Shown: positions 58,265-64,000 of the stretch, one piece after another | How the letters are laid out: each line of letters starts with the position of its first letter | Numbering within the stretch: position 1 is the stretch's first letter | NCBI GenBank assembly: GCA_965287045.1 | Contig: OZ336877.1 | Span: 81,406,001 to 81,470,000 of the forward strand | DNA: 64,000 nucleotides | Direction: 5' to 3' | From: Carcharhinus amblyrhynchos | Lineage: Eukaryota | Program-made: the position numbers and the translations under genes | The notes under the pieces: model-generated | What the model saw: the letters and a program-made list of their open reading frames with translations, nothing else | Databases searched by the model: none | What the model was told of the DNA's origin: nothing

Positions 58265-58794
58265 TCAACAAAATTGCATCAATAAACAGAGCTTATTTAA
58301 TTGAAGATACTGCAGCTCGGACTGTAAATTACAAATATTCAATATTCATTGGGTGAAATCTGAAAATAGATAAAGGTTTGAATAACCAAAAATGGCAGGA
58401 GTTTAAATTTCCCGCCAAAACATCCTCTGGGCGTCTGTGTTTTAACCTCAGAATTTGCATTCATCGCAGCCAAGATACTAATTTCTTTGGAATATGTTGT
58501 GTGTTACTTTACCATGTTAAAGTGTCAAGTCTAAGCTTAAACACAATTCTTGGGATTCTGAATGAATGTTGAAGAAGAACATATGGAACGACAAAATTGA
58601 CAGATGGGAAAAGGTCTGGTCTACTAAGAGCGTCCCATATAGTCAAGCACTGGCTAAGCACCATGATCTTTAATGGTCCCATTCACTAACAAAATTATAA
58701 CTTTCCAGAAGAAATGTTTCTGAAAATCAATTTAGGAATAGCAGCATTCAGGGAAATCCTCCTTCAAACACTATGATCAAGCGAAAACATTGGT

Positions 58795-59110
58795 AATCAT
58801 GAGAATCATACAGTGCAGAAGGAAGCCATTTGGCCGACTGTACCTGTGTTTTCTGAAAGAGCCATCAATTAGTACCAAATCTCCTGCTTATCCCCATGGC
58901 CTTTCAAAGTTTGCCTTTTCAAATATAAATCCAGTTCCCTTTCGAAAGTTACTGTTGATTCTGCTTCCACCGACTGCTCAGGCAATGCATTCTGGTCATA
59001 ATTCAATGAGTAAAACATTTTCTCGTTATTGGCAAAAAGCCAAAGGAGCAATCTTAAACCTGCGCCCTGTAGTTACTTAGCTGTCCTGCCAGAAATGATT
59101 TATCCCAATT
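58795..59110 (-). mobile_element. Old CR1 3' fragment
   Basis: CATGAGAATCATACAGTGCAGAAGGAAGCCATT tail; NALPEQSVEAES..FERELDLYL. Confidence 0.75.
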
Positions 59111-59599
59111 GAATTATCTCCCTTAGCCTCTCTCTCACTCATTTCTCCTTTAAGACAAACCTTAAAACTTACCTTTAACCAAGCTTTTGATCATAAGCAT
59201 CGTGAGTGCTCCTAATGCATTGCATATTTGTGCGTGCAACAGTGTAAGAGCTGGAAAGTACTACACAGGCCTTGATCAGTGCTAAACACTGCACAGTCAC
59301 TGTAAGCAATTTAAAAGGTACTGTGCATTTGAAAAACTGACCAAGCATAACAGTGAAATTTTAGAGGAAGTATTGTCCTAATCTCCTTTTATGAGGCTTG
59401 GTGGCCCAGAGTACATCCTCTGATTCATCTAGCTTATCCTGCAAAATGACACCTTTATATCACAATATATACAGTCTTCACTACAACCAAAAATTATGTG
59501 ATCTCTATTTCATCAAAGCATTTAAATCTAATCAATCAAACAAGATTTGCTTTTACCAAGTCAGTACAGACTCTCATTTATTAACCTGTGTACTTCTAA

Positions 59600-60420
59600 A
59601 ATGACAATTTTGCTTCAGGTTATTGTCTCTCCAAGTTTCCCCACCACCAATTTTACGCTGACCAGTTGACAATTACCTCTCTCCTGAACAGAAGTGTCAT
59701 GTTTCCAACCCTCCATCCTCCAGTACCACTGCCATCACCCAGGATTCTGAGCAGAGGCTTCCATCAATAACTATCCCAGCTGCACGAGGTGACTTTACTT
59801 CTTCAGCACTGCCAACTGTTTTAACAGTTTATCTATTTTTCCACTATCTAGCTTTTCTACGACTTACTTACTTACCCTGTATTGGCAGCATCTCTTTGGT
59901 GAAGACAGATGCAATGTACTTGTTTTGTTATCTCAACCATGTTCTTGGCCTCCACAGATCATTTTGGTTTCCAATCATTTTTCTTTCCTTTGTTTTTTTT
60001 TCACTATATATTTGTAAAAGTAATTTGTTTTCCTTTTTGTATTATAAACTAATCTTTTGGTATTCTCTGAGCTCTTTTTTACCTTTTTCAGGTCTCCTGT
60101 GCAGTCTGTATCCCGACTGTTCTCTAGTGTAGCATCTAGCATTAATTGTTAGCTCCTTTTTCCTGTTTCATGTTAATCTCTATTTCTTTAGTCACCTAGG
60201 GAGCTGACTTCTGCTTCCCCTCATTGGACTATGTCTATTCTATACTCAAACTATCTTTCTTCTGGAAAGCCTCCCCAAATCATTTTACTGTTTTACCTGG
60301 CAGTCTTTGTTTCAAATCCACCTGATCTCTACAACTCACTTAAATTAGCCCTCTTGCTGTTGAGTATTTTCATATTTTGATTTTTCCTTGTCCTTCTCTG
60401 CAACTGCTCCAAACATCACA
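59600..60420 (-). mobile_element. Very old CR1 ORF2 fragment
   Basis: TTTGGTGAAGACAGATGCAATGTACTTGTT corresponds to the NKYxASVFT motif; heavily decayed. Confidence 0.5.
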
Positions 60421-60796
60421 AAGTATATCACCTATCTTATATCCGCAGTGTTTTCTGTCTCGACCAGTATCTTCTCCAGATCCATATGGAACATTGTAGG
60501 TGCAGTGGATCTGCACTTACTGCTTGAGCTGGCCAGTTGGCCCAGAGGTCAATGATGCTATGAGCAAAGAAAAACCTCTTGACATCTAACCTAATTCTGT
60601 GCTAATGTAACTTTCACACTTGTCCCCTCATTCTCCCTGACTCATCTAATTGAAATAATCTGTCCACATGGTCACAGTCTATCTAGTCCTTTACTGAATT
60701 TAAATGCCTCAACTAAATCTCCCAGAAGTTGTTTTTCTAGAATGATGAGATCTGTTTCTCTACTGAGATAACTAAGGGTTTTTAAACTAGATATCA

Positions 60797-60995
60797 GCCT
60801 TCTTCCCTGCTGCCATCAGACTTTTGAATAGACCTACCTCACATTAAATTGGTCTTTCCTTAGACCCTAGCTATGGCTGTAATGCTACATTCTGCACACA
60901 CCCTCATTTCCTTCCCTATGAACGGTATGCTTTGTATAGTAGGCAAGAAACAATGCTTTTCACTATGTACATGTGGCAATAATAAATCAAATCAA
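60797..60995 (+). mobile_element. Rex1/Babar-type LINE 3' end
   Basis: Codes LPAAIRLLN; UTR ends TGTGGCAATAATAAATCAAATC. Confidence 0.7.
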
Positions 60996-61412
60996 TTTAA
61001 TGCTCTCATCGAAACCTTTTCCAGGAACTTCACGTAATGACATGGTATAATAGGTGAAATGTTGATGGGTTTTATGTAATTAGATGATTGTAATCTTTGT
61101 TACTTTCTGACTTTGTTACTATTCTGATTATTCCAATTACTTCTGAACAATCTGGTATTTTTATAACATTTCCAATGCATCAAGCTGAATTAGAGCTTGT
61201 GTCACAATGAGTTTGTACTACTTTTTCAATCAAAAATATGGAACAATAATTTCCCATCTCCTCCTGCTGTATGAGTCCTTTAGATAGCTCAAATCAATTT
61301 GTGATAATCACAAACCCACAGAGCAATGCTTCTTAAAGTTCAGGGATTTATTTCGACATTCAGTGCTTGGGGGTAGTTGGTACAGGAGTGGAAAAATGCA
61401 TATGCAGCAGAA

Positions 61413-61695
61413 AAAGTTAAAGTTTATTTAATAGTCTCAAGTAGGCTTACATTCACACAGGTACTGAGAAAATCCTCTAATCGCCACACACTGAAGGCTG
61501 TTTAGGCACCCTGGGAGAGAATTTAGCATGGCCAATTCAGCTTACCTGCATGTTTTTGGACTGTGGGAAGAAACAGGAGCACCCAGAGAAAACCCACGTA
61601 GACATGGGGAGAATGTGAAAACTCCACACAGTGATCCAGGCAGGGGTTGCTGGTGCTTTGAGGCAGCAGTGCTAATCACTGTGCCACCATGACAC
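61413..61695 (-). mobile_element. V-SINE with Rex1-like tail
   Basis: AAAGTTTATT...CAAGTAGGCTTACATT tail, V-domain and head. Confidence 0.8.
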
Positions 61696-62055
61696 TCTTT
61701 TGAAGTTGGAGTTAAAAATAAAATAATTGAGCAGAGTAGAGGAAGCTGCAGTTTGTATTTGGCACTTCCTATGTTTGGCGTTGGAATGCTTAGTGTAAAT
61801 ACGAGGTGTGAAAAAGTAGAAAATATTAAATCTGGGCATAGTTTTTTTTCTGTTTCCTAACTGCAAAAATTCACCAAAAATATACATTTTAAACGTACTC
61901 AAATTTTCACTTCCATTTAAGATAGAAATATTTAACATTACAGCGGTATGAGAGGCTTTCTTAGCTTTATAACATTAGAAATGTTCTATACATTTAAGTT
62001 GTTGTGATTGTTGAATTTTGTTATCCTATATCCATTGTGACAAAGAAATCTATCG

Positions 62056-63192
62056 ATGGCGTTGGGGGTAAGGTGTTAGCGTGGATAGAGGGTTGGCTGC
62101 CTAATAGGAGGCAGAGAGTTGGTATCAATGGGTGCTATTCTGATTGGCGGTTGGTAACTAGTGGAGTGCCGCAGGGATCGGTGCTGGGGCCTCAGCTATT
62201 TACCATTTATATAGATGATCTGGAGGAGGGGGCTGAGTGTAGGGTGACGAAATTTGCTGAGGACACAAAGATAAGTGGAAAAGCAAATTGTGCGGAGGGT
62301 GTGGAAAGTCTGCAGAGGGATCTAGATAGGCTGAGCGAGTGGGCGAGGACCTGGCAGATGGAGTACAATGTTAGCAAGTGTGAGGTTATCCACTTTGGCA
62401 GGAATAATAGTAGGAGGGATTACTATTTAAAGGGCGAAAAGCTGCAGCATGCTACGGTGCAGAGGGACCTGGGGGTCCTTGTGCATGAGTCGCAAAAACC
62501 CAGTCTGCAGGTGCAGCAGGTGATCAAGAAGGCGAATGGGATGCTGGCCTTTATAGCGAGGGGGATAGAATATAAAAGCAGGGAGGTCTTGCTGCAACTG
62601 TACTGGGCACTGGTGAGGCCGCAGCTGGAGTACAGTGTGCAGTTTTGGTCGCTGCACTTGTGTAAGGATATTTTGGCCTTGGAGGGAGTGCAGAGGAGGT
62701 TCACTAGGCTGATACCGGAGATGAGGGGGTTAGACTATGAAGAGAGACTAAATAGACTGGGTCTGTACTCGTTGGAGTTTAGAAGGATGAGGGGGGATCT
62801 TATAGAGACGTATAAGATAATGAAAGGGATGGATAGGATAGAGGTAGAGAGATTCTTCCTGCTCAGAAAGGACAACAGGACTAGAGGGCACAGCCTCAAG
62901 ATAAGGGGGGGGGGGGGGGTTGCAGTTTAGAACGGAGTTGAGGAGGAACTTCTTCACTCAAAGGGTGGTGAATCTGTGGAATTCTCTGCCCGTTGAAGTG
63001 GTGGAGGCTACCTCACTAAATATATTTAAGACATGGGTAGATAGGTTTTTGTAGGCAAGGCAATTAAGGGTTATGGGGAGAAAGCGGGAAAGTGGAACTG
63101 AGCCACTTCAGATCAGCCATGATGTTGTTGAATGGTGGGGCAGGCTCGAAGGGCTAGATGGCCTACTCCTGCTCCTACTTCTTATGTTCTTA
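62056..63192 (+). mobile_element. 5'-truncated CR1 LINE
   Basis: ORF 62004-62930 encodes RT, with FADD changed to FAED; same subfamily as 37588-40350 and 42816-45881. Confidence 0.95.
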
Positions 63193-63329
63193 TACTCTCA
63201 TTGCACTTCTTGTTGAAGGAAATTTGGTGTTTAAATTGGTGGCTTTTATTTGGCGGGGAGACAAGGAGTGGGGTGGTGGGGGAGGGAGGAGAATCTCGTG
63301 TTCCTTCTCTCCATGATGATCCGAAGGTT

Positions 63330-63501
63330 AGTGCTCATTCATGAGGAATGAGCATCACTGACTGGTCAGCATTTATTGCCCATCCCTAATTACCTGAGGG
63401 AGTTGCGAGTCAACCATATTGCTGCAGCTCTGGAATCACACGTAGGCCACACCAGGTAAGAACGGCAGATTTCCTTCTCTAAAGGACATTAGTGAACCAG
63501 T
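63330..63501 (-). mobile_element. Old tRNA-derived SINE, 3' half
   Basis: CAGCATTTATTGCCCATCCCTAATT...GAGTCAACCATATTGCTG...GGACATTAGTGAACCAG; homologue of 11487-11790. Confidence 0.8.
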
Positions 63502-64000
63502 GATGTGATGCAGCCAGATTAGGTGGATATGCACTAGTCTGTCCCTTTTGAGGATGAAATCTGAAATGGGATAATGGGCAGAATGGAAGAGAATAAACAT
63601 TGTTCAAGGGACCAGATGATCAGCAGTAGAAATGGGGCAATGATCAAGACAATGCTAAGAGGTCAAAACTGCAAATTTAAGAGTGCAGATGTAAGTGACG
63701 AGCAGGAATTGGCTGCTGAAGGAACTGGCACCTTTTTGAAAGTCCATGCATACAGTGGCAAAGCAACCTACTTTCATCCATGACCAGGTTGGTAAAACGT
63801 AGCTTTCTTCTCCAGAGGCCATGTTGCATATCCCTAATAATCCATTCTCTCTCAAAGTAGTCTTAGACAGCATCCTAATGATTGATCCCATCAAGCTATT
63901 TTCCTGCAACTGACATCAAATTAATCATAGAATAATGTCGAACAGAAGAAGGCTTTTCGACACTGTGCCAGCTTTTTGAAGGGATTATCTGTGCCAGCTT

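Overview
This is vertebrate genomic DNA, almost certainly from a shark or ray, judged by its HE1-type V-SINEs, HER1/CR1-type LINEs and SacSINE1-like DeuSINEs. There is no prokaryotic content. A TE-free, CpG-enriched block at about 4.3-9.1 kb looks like the promoter and first-exon region of an unidentified, probably + strand gene. The remaining ~55 kb is TE-saturated intron-like DNA. It holds many CR1-clade LINE fragments (two with long intact RT ORFs), Rex1-type LINE ends, at least four SINE families, a degraded Gmr1-like Gypsy element (SCAN-like gag, zinc knuckle, protease, LTR), Penelope-derived inserts and MITEs. I could not identify any host protein-coding exon with confidence; all long ORFs are retrotransposon-derived. 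The most interesting signal is a CR1 LINE (47463-48953) bounded by a perfect 9-bp target-site duplication. Its ~700-nt 3' UTR carries a splice-acceptor-like motif, a ~120-nt structured RNA domain and a V-SINE-derived segment with damaged Pol III boxes. A second, diverged copy of this 3' UTR (28728-29204, minus) keeps the same fold through compensatory changes. Family names come from recognising sequences by eye, not from database searches, and boundaries of old elements are approximate.
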